This document shows, piece by piece, positions 19,426-28,974 of a stretch of 64,000 nt of DNA. A program made the position numbers and the translations under genes. The stretch comes from Methanobacteriota archaeon (GTDB taxonomy: Archaea; Undinarchaeota; Undinarchaeia; Undinarchaeales; Undinarchaeaceae), in assembly GCA_002687935.1 (NCBI GenBank), contig NZBN01000002.1, positions 7,394 to 71,393 on the forward strand, given 5' to 3'. Below the pieces are notes generated by a model, which was not told the origin of the DNA, searched no databases, and was given only the letters and a program-made list of their open reading frames with translations. The first letter of the stretch is position 1; every line of letters begins with the position of its first letter.

Positions 19426-20285
19426 TGGCGATTGAAAGAAAGCTGATAAAGGAATCCATTGACAAAGTAAGAGTAAAGAAATTTGTTCTGAATAGTCTTG
19501 ACAATGTCGGAGTTGGTAATGTAGATGTCAAAAGAACACCACTTGGAACAAGAATTATTGTCACTGCAGTAAAGCCAGGACTCGTTATCGGAAGGAAGGG
19601 AAAGAACATACAGATGCTTACATCTGAATTGTCTAAGAAATTTAATATTGAGAACCCTCAGATAGAGGTTCAGGAAGTCAATGTTCCTGAATTTAATCCA
19701 TCAATTATGGTTGAGCAGTTGGTTTCTACTATTGAGAGAGGAATTCACTTTAGAAGGGCTTCAAATGGTCTTATCAAGAGAGTTATGGGTAAGGGAGCTC
19801 TTGGAATTTTAATTGAGATAAGTGGAAAACTAAGCGGAGAAAGGTCAAGAAAGGAGAAGTTTATGGCGGGATATATAAAATATTCTGGAGAAACTGCTCT
19901 CCAATCTGTTGAAACATCAGTGAAACAGGCTAAGAGAAAAGCTGGAGTTGTAGGTGTTAAAATTAGAATTGCACCACCTGCTGACCCAGTTAAACTGGCA
20001 GCTCTGGTCTTGGATGACAGTCAAATTATTTCAGAATCTGTGGATTTGGATGGAAAAGGGAGCAATGAAGAGTTGCAGAAACTCCAGGAATCTATTGGCG
20101 TTTCTTCTGATGAATCAGAAAAGACGGAGAAGAAATCCGAATCTAAAGCTCCTGAGAAGAAAGAAGCAAAGGCTCCTAAAGCAAAGCCTGAAGCAACGAA
20201 GACGGAGAAAAAAACTCCTACAAAAAAGACAAAGGCAAAAACAAGTTCAAAGAAATCCGAGGAAAAGAAGGAGGCTAAGAAATAA
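19425..20285 (+). CDS. rps3: Ribosomal protein S3 with K/E-rich C-terminal tail
   Basis: KH-domain uS3 core. The tail carries the same EKKSESKAPEKKEAK module as L22. Confidence 0.9.
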   Translation: MAIERKLIKESIDKVRVKKFVLNSLDNVGVGNVDVKRTPLGTRIIVTAVKPGLVIGRKGKNIQMLTSELSKKFNIENPQIEVQEVNVPEFNPSIMVEQLVSTIERGIHFRRASNGLIKRVMGKGALGILIEISGKLSGERSRKEKFMAGYIKYSGETALQSVETSVKQAKRKAGVVGVKIRIAPPADPVKLAALVLDDSQIISESVDLDGKGSNEELQKLQESIGVSSDESEKTEKKSESKAPEKKEAKAPKAKPEATKTEKKTPTKKTKAKTSSKKSEEKKEAKK

Positions 20286-20497
20286 TGGTTCTTCTGAGAA
20301 ACAGTGAGATAATGGAAATGTCTGAGAAGGTTATGCAGGAGAAGTTAATCGAGATGCGGAAAGAGCTTCTTACAGAGTACACAAAACTCTCTGCAGGTGG
20401 GGTTGCAGAAAATGCAGGAAAACTCTCTGAAATGAAAAAAACAATCGCAAGAATAAAAACAATAGGAGGTATTAAAGGCTACAAAATCAATGGCTGA
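20285..20497 (+). CDS. rpl29: Ribosomal protein L29
   Basis: 70 aa in the uL29 position. Confidence 0.8.
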   Translation: MVLLRNSEIMEMSEKVMQEKLIEMRKELLTEYTKLSAGGVAENAGKLSEMKKTIARIKTIGGIKGYKING

Positions 20498-20786
20498 GGA
20501 TTTAACTTGTTCAGTATGCGGGCTTCCAAAGGAACTATGTCTTTGTGAAGACGTAAAGCGCGAACAAACAACTGTCACACTCCGTACGGAAAAAAGAACA
20601 TACGGAAAACTTGTGACAATTGTGGAAGGTGTAAGTGCTGATATGGTAAAACAAGTTGCTTCTGAGCTCAAAAAAGCATGTGCAACCGGCGGTGCCGTCA
20701 AAAACGGCGCAATCGAACTTCAGGGCGACAATGTCAGGAAGCTTCATAAAATACTGCCAAAAAAGGGGTTCACGGTGTCACAATGA
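20490..20786 (+). CDS. Translation initiation factor SUI1/aIF1 with N-terminal zinc knuckle
   Basis: N-terminal CSVCGLPKELCLCE followed by a SUI1 fold. Position is conserved between L29 and Rpp29. Confidence 0.8.
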   Translation: MAEDLTCSVCGLPKELCLCEDVKREQTTVTLRTEKRTYGKLVTIVEGVSADMVKQVASELKKACATGGAVKNGAIELQGDNVRKLHKILPKKGFTVSQ

Positions 20787-21061
20787 TTTCTGAAAAGAAC
20801 ATTGTTCAACACGAGCTTATAGGGCTGGAAGTGGAGGTGCTTGAGTGCACAGATGCCAGTAAAAAAGGCCTACAAGGTACCGTAATCGACGAAACACAAA
20901 GTACATTAATACTGTCCGATACAAAAGGCGAGTCAAAACGTATTCCCAAGGCTGAATGCACCTTTCGCTTTTCGCTGAAGGGGGACAAAATCTATGTCCT
21001 TGGAACTCTTCTTGTGGGGAGATCTGCGGACAGAACTAAAAAAAGACTAAAAAAATGGTAA
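20783..21061 (+). CDS. rnp1: RNase P protein component 1 (Rpp29/Pop4)
   Basis: HELIGLEVEVL motif and conserved position. Confidence 0.75.
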   Translation: MISEKNIVQHELIGLEVEVLECTDASKKGLQGTVIDETQSTLILSDTKGESKRIPKAECTFRFSLKGDKIYVLGTLLVGRSADRTKKRLKKW

Positions 21062-21402
21062 AAAAAGAAGAAAAAAGCAAAACTGCTCCAAAAGCAGCAG
21101 AGAAGAAAAGCACAGCTCCAGCGGAGCCTGAAATAACTTCTCTTAACTTTTCCACTAAAGGACATCCCTTTAGAGCTATTGTTGTTTCAGATAAAATGAA
21201 AAATAGTGCAGTCGTTGTCAGACACTTTGTCCGAAAAATAACTAAATTCGAGCGATATGAAAAACGTACAACTCGGCTTACCGTTCACAATCCTGAAAGT
21301 ATCTCAGCAAAAACAGGGGATGAGGTCATTGTACAGAGTTGCAGACCTATTAGCAAGACAAAGAGTCACACAATAATCAGTGTATTGTCGAGGAGCGAAT
21401 AA
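21055..21402 (+). CDS. rps17: Ribosomal protein S17 (K-rich N-terminal extension)
   Basis: uS17 OB-fold core in the conserved position. Confidence 0.85.
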   Translation: MVKKEEKSKTAPKAAEKKSTAPAEPEITSLNFSTKGHPFRAIVVSDKMKNSAVVVRHFVRKITKFERYEKRTTRLTVHNPESISAKTGDEVIVQSCRPISKTKSHTIISVLSRSE

Positions 21403-21403
21403 A

Positions 21404-21832
21404 ATGGGAAAAGTAAGAAAAAAACTCAAGGTTCATGTTAAGACAAAAGGGGACTTAACTAAGTCTCTTCCAGTCGGAGCAGTTCTTACTTGCGCAGATA
21501 ATTCTGGTGCAAAGAAGCTTAGAATCATAGCGGTCAAAACAATGAAAACAAGAAAGAGGCAGATAATGTCTGCGGGTGTTTCTGATATTGCAATGTGCTC
21601 AGTAATAGCCGGAAATCCAGACATTAAAAAGACTGTAGTTCCTGCAGTTATAGTTAGACAGAGAAAGGAATATCTTAGAGTTGATGGAACAAGAATAAAA
21701 TTCTCAGACAATGCTGCAGTTGTCATGACTCCTGAGGGTACCATGAAGGCAACTGAGATTAGAGGACCTGTTGCAAGAGAGGCAGTACAGAAGTGGTCTT
21801 CTATTGGTTCTGCAGCGAAGGTGGTAGTATGA
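21404..21832 (+). CDS. rpl14: Ribosomal protein L14
   Basis: uL14 core LTCADNSGAK. Start taken at MGKVRKK. Confidence 0.85.
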   Translation: MGKVRKKLKVHVKTKGDLTKSLPVGAVLTCADNSGAKKLRIIAVKTMKTRKRQIMSAGVSDIAMCSVIAGNPDIKKTVVPAVIVRQRKEYLRVDGTRIKFSDNAAVVMTPEGTMKATEIRGPVAREAVQKWSSIGSAAKVVV

Positions 21833-22335
21833 AGGCAAATTGGTCAACAAGCTGGCTAAGTTCAAAACAACCAAGAAAACAGAGGAAGTATCTGTATAAT
21901 GCTCCTATGCATGCCAGACAGCGTCTTATTTCATCTCACCTCGACAAGAAGCTCAGGGAAAAGCTCGGAACACGTTCAATATCTGTAAGAAAGGGAGATG
22001 AAGTTAAAATAATGAGGGGTTCTTTGAAGGGACTTAAAGGTAAAATTCTCGAGGTTAACTTGGAAACTGGTCGTGTTCAGATAGAGGGTCAGACTCGGGA
22101 CAAGGTAGCCGGTGGAAAGGCAGCTATTACATTCCTTCCTTCAAATCTCTTAGTTACTTCACTGAATACTTCAGATAAGCTTCGTTTTAAGAGGGTTGCA
22201 AAATCAAAGAGACCTGAACTCAAGGCAGTTTCTCCGAAGAAAAGTCCTAAAAAAGAAGGTTCCAATACTGAAAAGAAGGATGAAAAACCTGAGGTCAAAT
22301 CAGATTCAAAAAGTTCAAAGGAGGAAAAGAAATAA
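21829..22335 (+). CDS. rpl24: Ribosomal protein L24 with K/E-rich C-terminal tail
   Basis: SKQPRKQRK...KGD KOW motif. The start overlaps the L14 stop (ATGA). Confidence 0.85.
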   Translation: MKANWSTSWLSSKQPRKQRKYLYNAPMHARQRLISSHLDKKLREKLGTRSISVRKGDEVKIMRGSLKGLKGKILEVNLETGRVQIEGQTRDKVAGGKAAITFLPSNLLVTSLNTSDKLRFKRVAKSKRPELKAVSPKKSPKKEGSNTEKKDEKPEVKSDSKSSKEEKK

Positions 22336-22988
22336 TGCCTCACATTAAGCGTCTAAACGCACCAAGAAGCTGGCCTGTAGAAAGGAAGACTCAGCCTTGG
22401 GTAACTAGTGCAGTTCCGGGAGCTCACACTACAACTGAAGGAATTCCCCTGCGTTCACTTATCAGGGATGTTCTGGGTCATGCTAGAACTGCCAAGGAAG
22501 TTCTCAATATACTGAAAACAAGAAAAATACTTGTCAATGGACGGGTTGTAACAGAGCCACGGTTTTCTGTCGGGGCTATGGATGTTCTAGATCTTGGTGA
22601 GGAAGGGAGATTCCTTGTTACTCTAACTCGCAGAGGAAAAATCCAACTGGAGTCTTACAGTAAAGATTACAGGTTTTGCAGAATCGAGGGAAAAACTCTT
22701 TTAAAGGGTGGTAAGGTTCAGTTGAATCTCTGGGGTGGTTCAAATATTTTAGTTCCAAAGGATGAGTTTAGTACAGGGGATTCTCTAAAACTTGGTCTTA
22801 AAGACGGCAAACTTTCAGGTAAAATCGAGCTAAAAACTGGAGGAAGTGCATATGTTCTTTCCGGAAACAATGTTGGAAGGACAGGTAAGATTAAGAACAT
22901 TGATGAAAAAACCAAAGAGGTGGTTCTGGAAGAAGGCAAAGACGAGTTCAAAACCCGTTTAAGCCGACTATTTCCTGTTGAGAAATGA
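22335..22988 (+). CDS. rps4e: Ribosomal protein S4e
   Basis: MPHIKRLNAPRSWP is the eS4 N-terminus. Confidence 0.9.
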   Translation: MPHIKRLNAPRSWPVERKTQPWVTSAVPGAHTTTEGIPLRSLIRDVLGHARTAKEVLNILKTRKILVNGRVVTEPRFSVGAMDVLDLGEEGRFLVTLTRRGKIQLESYSKDYRFCRIEGKTLLKGGKVQLNLWGGSNILVPKDEFSTGDSLKLGLKDGKLSGKIELKTGGSAYVLSGNNVGRTGKIKNIDEKTKEVVLEEGKDEFKTRLSRLFPVEK

Positions 22989-23494
22989 TAAAAATATCAA
23001 AAGTTAGCGTAAACATTGGTGCTGGTGGAGAGAAAGACAAATTGAATAAGGCTGAGATCCTTCTTAGCAGAATGTTCACTGCAAAACCGGTCCGGACTGT
23101 TGCAAAAGCTGCAATTCCAGAATTTAATGTCAAAAAGAACGGCCAAGTCGGCGTCAAACTTACACTGAGAGGCGAAGATGCAAACACCTTCCTCAATCAG
23201 GCCTTCGAGGCAGTTGAAAACGAGCTAAAACCAACGCAGATTGACAGAGAGGGAAATCTGTCCTTCGGAGTTGTGGAGTATATGGACCTTCCGCATATGA
23301 AGTATGACCCTGATGTAGGTATGTTTGGAATGAATGTGTCTGTACATCTTGTAAAACCTGGAGCAAGGATTGCCCAGAGAAAGATAAAAAAGACTAGACT
23401 TCCAAAAAAGAATCGCGTTTCCTATGATGAATCCAGACAGTTCTTTGAGAAGAACTACACAATAAAGTTCGTTGAACCGGAGGAATATGACTAA
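22985..23494 (+). CDS. rpl5: Ribosomal protein L5
   Basis: uL5 core. Confidence 0.9.
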   Translation: MIKISKVSVNIGAGGEKDKLNKAEILLSRMFTAKPVRTVAKAAIPEFNVKKNGQVGVKLTLRGEDANTFLNQAFEAVENELKPTQIDREGNLSFGVVEYMDLPHMKYDPDVGMFGMNVSVHLVKPGARIAQRKIKKTRLPKKNRVSYDESRQFFEKNYTIKFVEPEEYD

Positions 23495-23640
23495 TGGCTT
23501 CACGAAAAATAGGAAAAACATCTCTTAATTGCACTCTGTGCAAGAGCTACAACAGAAAAGTGAGGAAATACGGAATAAATCTATGTGGACGGTGCTTCAG
23601 GGAAGAGGCTCCGAGGATAGGATTCAAAAAATTCAATTGA
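23494..23640 (+). CDS. rps14: Ribosomal protein S14 (zinc-binding type, 48 aa; below ORF-track cutoff)
   Basis: Manual translation MASRKIGKTSLNCTLCKSYNRKVRKYGINLCGRCFREEAPRIGFKKFN with a CxxC...CxxC zinc ribbon. The start overlaps the L5 stop. Confidence 0.8.
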   Translation: MASRKIGKTSLNCTLCKSYNRKVRKYGINLCGRCFREEAPRIGFKKFN

Positions 23641-23650
23641 GGTAAAAAAA

Positions 23651-24040
23651 ATGATGCATGACCCCCTTTCAGATGCTATGGTGAACATACAGAACTATTC
23701 AAATAACGGCAAGTCTGAATGTACAGTTCTTATTGCTTCCAATATGCTAAAAAACGTTCTTGAGGTTTTCAAAAATAAAGGATATATTGCTGATTTCAAA
23801 GAAGAAGAAAATCGAAAGGGTGGAGCTTTCAATGTAGCGCTTATCAGAAAAATAAGCAAGTGTGGAGTTATCAAACCAAGATTCCCAGTTCAACTATCTG
23901 ACATAGAAAAGTATGAACGACGTTATTTGCCTGCAAAAGGAGTCGGTCACATAATATTGAGCACTTCTCAGGGAATTCTTACTCATGAAGAGGCATATGA
24001 GAAAAAAATAGGGGGCGTCCTTCTGGCGTATATATACTAA
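23651..24040 (+). CDS. rps8: Ribosomal protein S8
   Basis: uS8 core in the conserved position. Confidence 0.9.
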   Translation: MMHDPLSDAMVNIQNYSNNGKSECTVLIASNMLKNVLEVFKNKGYIADFKEEENRKGGAFNVALIRKISKCGVIKPRFPVQLSDIEKYERRYLPAKGVGHIILSTSQGILTHEEAYEKKIGGVLLAYIY

Positions 24041-24570
24041 TGGCTGAAAATCATTCAAAAATTGTTGAAGTACCCTCCGAAGTTATTGTCGAAGTTCAGG
24101 GCTCAGTTCTCAAGGCAAATGGTGAAAAGGGCGCAATAGAAAGAGAGCTGGTTTATCCTGGGGTTTCTTTCAGAAAAAAAGACAGTTCAGTTATATTTGA
24201 ATCAAAAAATGACAGGAAGGAATTCAAGGCAATCATCGGTACATATGCTTCACATCTCAGGAATATGATAAAGGGAGTTTCAGAAGGATATGAATATACT
24301 TTGAATATTGTTTATACACATTTTCCAATCACTCTAAAAGAAGAAAATGGAGTTGTTGAGGTTCACAATTTCTATGGGGAAAAAGTTCCCCGCAAGGCAA
24401 AGATTTTGGATGGAGTCGAAGTTGAGCTCCAAAAAGAGAAGGTCATTGTTTCAGGAATTGATAAAGAGAATGTAGGCCAGACTGCAAGTAATATCCAGAA
24501 TGCAACAAAGTTAAGAGGGAGGGACACTCGAATATTCCAGGATGGAATATATGTCGTATCAAAGAAATGA
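24040..24570 (+). CDS. rpl6: Ribosomal protein L6
   Basis: uL6 position and length. Confidence 0.9.
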   Translation: MAENHSKIVEVPSEVIVEVQGSVLKANGEKGAIERELVYPGVSFRKKDSSVIFESKNDRKEFKAIIGTYASHLRNMIKGVSEGYEYTLNIVYTHFPITLKEENGVVEVHNFYGEKVPRKAKILDGVEVELQKEKVIVSGIDKENVGQTASNIQNATKLRGRDTRIFQDGIYVVSKK

Positions 24571-24938
24571 CTACTATAAATGAAAGAAAATCACTTATTA
24601 AAAGGCTCAGGAAGAAAAAACCAGTCTTCAGGAGACAGGAATCAACAAGATACAAACGTGTTCCAACTAAGTGGAAGGCTCCAAAAGGACGCCAGAGTAA
24701 ACAAAGGCTTGGAAAGGGTGGAAGTCCAAAGACTCCTGGAAAAGGTTATGGCACTCCTAAAATAGTAAGAGGTCTACATCCTTCCGGTTATGAAGATATT
24801 TTGATAAAAAATCTAAAAGAATTGGAAGCGATTGAACCTAAGACTCAGGCAGTCCGCTTTTCAACACGCCTCGGTCAGAACAAAATTAATGGTTTCAGAG
24901 AGGCTGCAAAAAAAATCGGGATAAAGGTGCTTAACTAA
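24567..24938 (+). CDS. rpl32e: Ribosomal protein L32e
   Basis: eL32 core in an archaeal-specific position. Confidence 0.85.
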   Translation: MTTINERKSLIKRLRKKKPVFRRQESTRYKRVPTKWKAPKGRQSKQRLGKGGSPKTPGKGYGTPKIVRGLHPSGYEDILIKNLKELEAIEPKTQAVRFSTRLGQNKINGFREAAKKIGIKVLN

Positions 24939-25390
24939 TGAAAAGAAGGGGAGAGGCAAACACACAAAGAAGACTCGCTGCAAGCGTTCTTAAAGTGGGT
25001 CAGACTCGTGTATGGTTCGATCCAGAGGCTCTTGACGAAGTAAACAGTGCAATGACAAGAGGCGACATTAGAAAGTTCATTGGTCTTGGTTACATCAAAA
25101 AGAAGCCTGCAGTTGGAAATTCACGCGGTCGAATACGACTAAGGCAGAAACAGAAAGCAAAAGGCAGGCAAAAGGGACAAGGAAAAAGAAGAGGTACTGC
25201 TAATGCAAGACTTGGAAAGAAAAGTAAGTGGATGGTCAAAATACGGGGGCAGAGATCACTTCTAAAACATCTGAGGGATTCAGAAAAAATAAGCAAAACA
25301 GTATACAGGAAGGCATACAGGCTGGCAAAGGCTGGTTCTTTTAAACATAAGGCTCACCTTAAAACATATCTAAGGGGTAAATCAGAATGA
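24938..25390 (+). CDS. rpl19e: Ribosomal protein L19e
   Basis: eL19 core. Confidence 0.85.
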   Translation: MKRRGEANTQRRLAASVLKVGQTRVWFDPEALDEVNSAMTRGDIRKFIGLGYIKKKPAVGNSRGRIRLRQKQKAKGRQKGQGKRRGTANARLGKKSKWMVKIRGQRSLLKHLRDSEKISKTVYRKAYRLAKAGSFKHKAHLKTYLRGKSE

Positions 25391-25971
25391 AAAGAAGAAA
25401 AATATCAGATTTCAGAAGGAGAAAGAGTAATCAGACGGATTATAGAAAGCGCTTGTCTCTTCTAAAATCAGGAAAGCCAAGATTGGTAGTTAGAAAGAGT
25501 CTCAAGAATATACAAGTTCAGCTTGTTAATTACACTGATAGTGGTGATACAATTCTTGCTTCAGCATCATCTACTGAATTAAATAAACTTGGGTGGAATT
25601 ATAGCTGTTCTAATATTCCTGCTGCATATCTTACTGGACTTCTTTGCGGAACAAGGTCAAAGGTAGCAAAAGTTAAAGCCGCTGTTCTTGATACTGGTTT
25701 GTATCGTCCAATAGCCGGTTCAAAACTGTATGCTGCTGCAAAAGGAGCCTCTGATACAGGTCTAGAAGTTCCACATGGAGATTCAGAGAAACTTTCAGAA
25801 GAGAGACTTTCCGGAGCTCACATAGCCAGCTATGCAGAGACTTTGGAAAAGGACAACAAGGAAAAATATGAGTCTCAGTTCTCTCACTATATTTCTTCAA
25901 AAACGAATCCAAAGGACATTCAAAAGCAATTTGAAGCAACTAAAAAGAAAATAATGGAGGCTAAGAAATGA
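25387..25971 (+). CDS. rpl18: Ribosomal protein L18
   Basis: uL18 position and length. Confidence 0.85.
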   Translation: MKRRKISDFRRRKSNQTDYRKRLSLLKSGKPRLVVRKSLKNIQVQLVNYTDSGDTILASASSTELNKLGWNYSCSNIPAAYLTGLLCGTRSKVAKVKAAVLDTGLYRPIAGSKLYAAAKGASDTGLEVPHGDSEKLSEERLSGAHIASYAETLEKDNKEKYESQFSHYISSKTNPKDIQKQFEATKKKIMEAKK

Positions 25972-26768
25972 GCAACGAAGAAAAGACAAGCCCAGCTGAA
26001 ACAAAAGTTGCTGCTCAAGCAACAGAAGAAAAAACAAGCCCCACTGTAACTAAAGCGACTGTTCCAGCAACAGAAGAAAAGGCAAAAACAGGAGCGCAGG
26101 GTGGCAAAAGAGAACGTTCAAAATTCGGAAGGCGTTCTTCTATTGATTTAGAAAATTGGAAACCTAAGACAGAACTTGGTCGGGAAGTTCTTGCTGGTGA
26201 CTATGAGTCACTTGATGTAGTCTGGGATAATGGAAAGGTCATCAGAGAGCCAGAGATAGTGGATTCACTACTTCCGGGGCTTGAAGAAAGAATATTAAAA
26301 ATTGGAAAGGGTCAGCGACCATTTAAATGGGTTCAGAGAATGACGGACTCAGGTCGAAGAAGTAAGTATTTCGTAGCAGCAGCTGTTGGAGATAAAAACG
26401 GCTATGTTGGTTTTGGAATTGGCAGAGCAAAGGACTTCAGTGGTGCAATTTCCCAGGCTATGCGAAAGGCAAGACTCAATCTAACTAAAGTTGAATTCGG
26501 AAGCGGTTCTTGGGATGAAGCTTCTTCTGAAGGAAAACATTCAATTCCTCATAAGGTTACTGGTAAGTGCAGTAGCGTAAGTCTGGATTTACTCCCTGCT
26601 CCTAAGGGAACTGGGCTTGTTGCTAACAAGATATCAAGTGATTTAATTTCACTTGCAGGTATTTCTGACTTGTGGACCAAATCTCGCGGTCACACTAAAA
26701 CAAGAGTTAATATGGCAGCTGCAACATTCAATGCACTCAAAAAACTAAGCAGGTATAACAATGGCTGA
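25968..26768 (+). CDS. rps5: Ribosomal protein S5 with T/E/K-rich N-terminal extension
   Basis: uS5 dsRBD core preceded by an ATEEKTSPTVTKATVPATEEK repeat. Confidence 0.9.
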   Translation: MSNEEKTSPAETKVAAQATEEKTSPTVTKATVPATEEKAKTGAQGGKRERSKFGRRSSIDLENWKPKTELGREVLAGDYESLDVVWDNGKVIREPEIVDSLLPGLEERILKIGKGQRPFKWVQRMTDSGRRSKYFVAAAVGDKNGYVGFGIGRAKDFSGAISQAMRKARLNLTKVEFGSGSWDEASSEGKHSIPHKVTGKCSSVSLDLLPAPKGTGLVANKISSDLISLAGISDLWTKSRGHTKTRVNMAAATFNALKKLSRYNNG

Positions 26769-27144
26769 AGAAAATAAAACAGAGAATGAGAAAGGTGGAA
26801 AACTATGTGTAGTTCTTCTTAGAGGGAAAGTTGGTGCAGGACCTAAGATAAAGGAAACTCTCAAAACACTCAATCTAAATGCTGTTAATAATTGTATAAT
26901 TCTGGAAAATAATGCATCTACAATTGGTGCTCTGAGAATTTTACAGGGTTACATAACTTGGGGTGAAATTGACGCTTCACTTGAAAAAGACATCAAAGCT
27001 GCAGGCAAGGAGAAGATTCCATACAGACTTCATCCTCCTCGTGGCGGTTTGGAAAGAAAAGGTAAGAGAAATTTGTTCAATAAAGGTGGAGCTCTTGGTT
27101 ACAGAGGCTCCAATATAAATTCACTTGTAAGGAGAATGTTATGA
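26761..27144 (+). CDS. rpl30: Ribosomal protein L30
   Basis: uL30 position. Confidence 0.85.
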   Translation: MAEENKTENEKGGKLCVVLLRGKVGAGPKIKETLKTLNLNAVNNCIILENNASTIGALRILQGYITWGEIDASLEKDIKAAGKEKIPYRLHPPRGGLERKGKRNLFNKGGALGYRGSNINSLVRRML

Positions 27145-27596
27145 GTACTACCAATAAAAAAATAAGAAAGTACCGCGGAAGAAAAACAGGTGGTGGCGCC
27201 AAGAAGAAAAGAAGAGGTGCAGGAAATCGCGGAGGTCGTGGAAACGCCGGACGCTGGGATCACAAGAAGATGACTGCCCGTGCAAGAGATTTGACTAACA
27301 AGAAACTCAAGCCAGTAAATGAAAAACTACCTGCAATTAACCTAAGTCAGGTCGAGTCTATAGCAATAAGAGATAATTTAAAGGACATAGACCTTAGCGG
27401 ATACAAAGTTCTTGGCGAAGGAAGCTTGACAAGGGCACTTTCTATAAAGGCTGCAAGCTTTTCCAAGTCAGCAGCTGCAAAAATAAAGAAAACCGGAGGA
27501 AAAATTGAGGGAGCTGTGTCCGCTGAAGGGGGGGCATCAGAACCCGAAACTGTAACAGAGGATGTCATTTCAGAGGATACTTCAGAATCTTCCTAG
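27141..27596 (+). CDS. rpl15: Ribosomal protein L15
   Basis: Gly/Arg-rich uL15 N-terminus. Confidence 0.9.
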   Translation: MSTTNKKIRKYRGRKTGGGAKKKRRGAGNRGGRGNAGRWDHKKMTARARDLTNKKLKPVNEKLPAINLSQVESIAIRDNLKDIDLSGYKVLGEGSLTRALSIKAASFSKSAAAKIKKTGGKIEGAVSAEGGASEPETVTEDVISEDTSESS

Positions 27597-28974
27597 TGTA
27601 GCAAAACCGTCAAAGACTCTTAGCTTCAAAGAGAAGTTAAAGTGGACGGCTCTACCTCTTATTGCATTTTTTATTCTTGGTGAAGTAGCTCTCTTTGGTC
27701 TTGAGTCTGGGGCTACAGGCGGCGATATTTTCGGAAGCCTTAGGGCAATTCTCGCCACAAGCTTCGGAACCGTTCTTACTTTAGGTATTGGTCCTCTTGT
27801 TATGGGGAGTATTATTCTTCAGCTTCTTAATGGAGCTGGTGTGTTCAAGTTCGATATGAGCACACCTGAAGGAAAAGCAACTTATCAGGGAGCTCAAAAG
27901 ATACTTGCTCTTGCTTTTACACTCTTTGAGGCAGCTGTCTTAGTTATATCAGGACAGATTGCTGCATCTTCTGTTTTGGCGGCGTCAAAAGGACTGATGT
28001 TCGCTAATTCAATTGTAATTGCACAGATTGTTCTCGGTGGTCTCATAATCATATATCTGGATGAAGTTGTTTCAAAATGGGGTTTCAGTTCAGGTATCAG
28101 CCTCTTTATTGCTGCAGGCGTTTCACTTGAAATAATTACAAGGTCTCTTGACCCTTTCAGATTAGGTCCTGGACAGCCTATTAACGGAGCGATTCCAGCA
28201 TTTATATCTTCACTAGTTGGAGGTTCAATTCAATTTATTCGTGTCCATCCAAACGATATGCTTGCCCTTCTTGCGACTATTATTGTTTTCATAGTTACCA
28301 TGTACGCGCAAACTATGAAGGTAGAAGTTCCAATATCTTATGGAAGAATTCGTGGCTTTGCAAGGAGATATCCTCTCCCTCTAGTATATGCTTCGAATAT
28401 GCCTGTCATCTTCATAGCCGCTCTTATTGCAAACCTGAATTTCTGGGTTGCTATGCTGAATAAGGCTGGAATAAATCTTCTTGGTTACTTTGACCCTGCA
28501 GGTGGAGCACATGGATTTATTTTCTTTGTCAGCCCGTACACATCATTTGCAAAGGATTTGATACAGAGAAATGTAGGTGGAGTAGATATTTTGCATGCTT
28601 TTGTGTATTTCCTTGTAGTAGTTCTTGGGTCTATTATGTTCTCAAAACTGTGGGTTGGAATTTCAGGAACAAACTCAAAAGCACTTGCTGAAAAACTCAT
28701 GAATTCTGGGATGCAAATTCCTGGTTTCAGGTCCGATACAAGAATTATAGAAAAGGTTCTTGACCGTTACATTCCTTCATTAACTGTTCTTGGAGGGGCA
28801 TTTGTAGGTGCTCTTGCGGCTATTGCGGAGTTCAGTGGTGCTCTTGGAGGCGGAACAGGAGTTCTCCTTACAGTAGGTATAATATATCAACTCTATCAAG
28901 AAATAGCATCTGAACAGCTCATGGAAATGCACCCCGCAATAAGGGGTTTCCTTGGTGAAGGGGGTCTAATATGA
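27562..28974 (+). CDS. secY: Preprotein translocase subunit SecY
   Basis: 470-aa polytopic protein in the conserved position after L15. Confidence 0.9.
   Translation: MSFQRILQNLPSVAKPSKTLSFKEKLKWTALPLIAFFILGEVALFGLESGATGGDIFGSLRAILATSFGTVLTLGIGPLVMGSIILQLLNGAGVFKFDMSTPEGKATYQGAQKILALAFTLFEAAVLVISGQIAASSVLAASKGLMFANSIVIAQIVLGGLIIIYLDEVVSKWGFSSGISLFIAAGVSLEIITRSLDPFRLGPGQPINGAIPAFISSLVGGSIQFIRVHPNDMLALLATIIVFIVTMYAQTMKVEVPISYGRIRGFARRYPLPLVYASNMPVIFIAALIANLNFWVAMLNKAGINLLGYFDPAGGAHGFIFFVSPYTSFAKDLIQRNVGGVDILHAFVYFLVVVLGSIMFSKLWVGISGTNSKALAEKLMNSGMQIPGFRSDTRIIEKVLDRYIPSLTVLGGAFVGALAAIAEFSGALGGGTGVLLTVGIIYQLYQEIASEQLMEMHPAIRGFLGEGGLI

Noticed and set aside
19062-19609. Minus-strand ORFs (95 aa, 87 aa) across the L22 tail and S3 start
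   Set aside because: They are antisense to the K/E-rich tail coding DNA and to the conserved ribosomal-protein genes.
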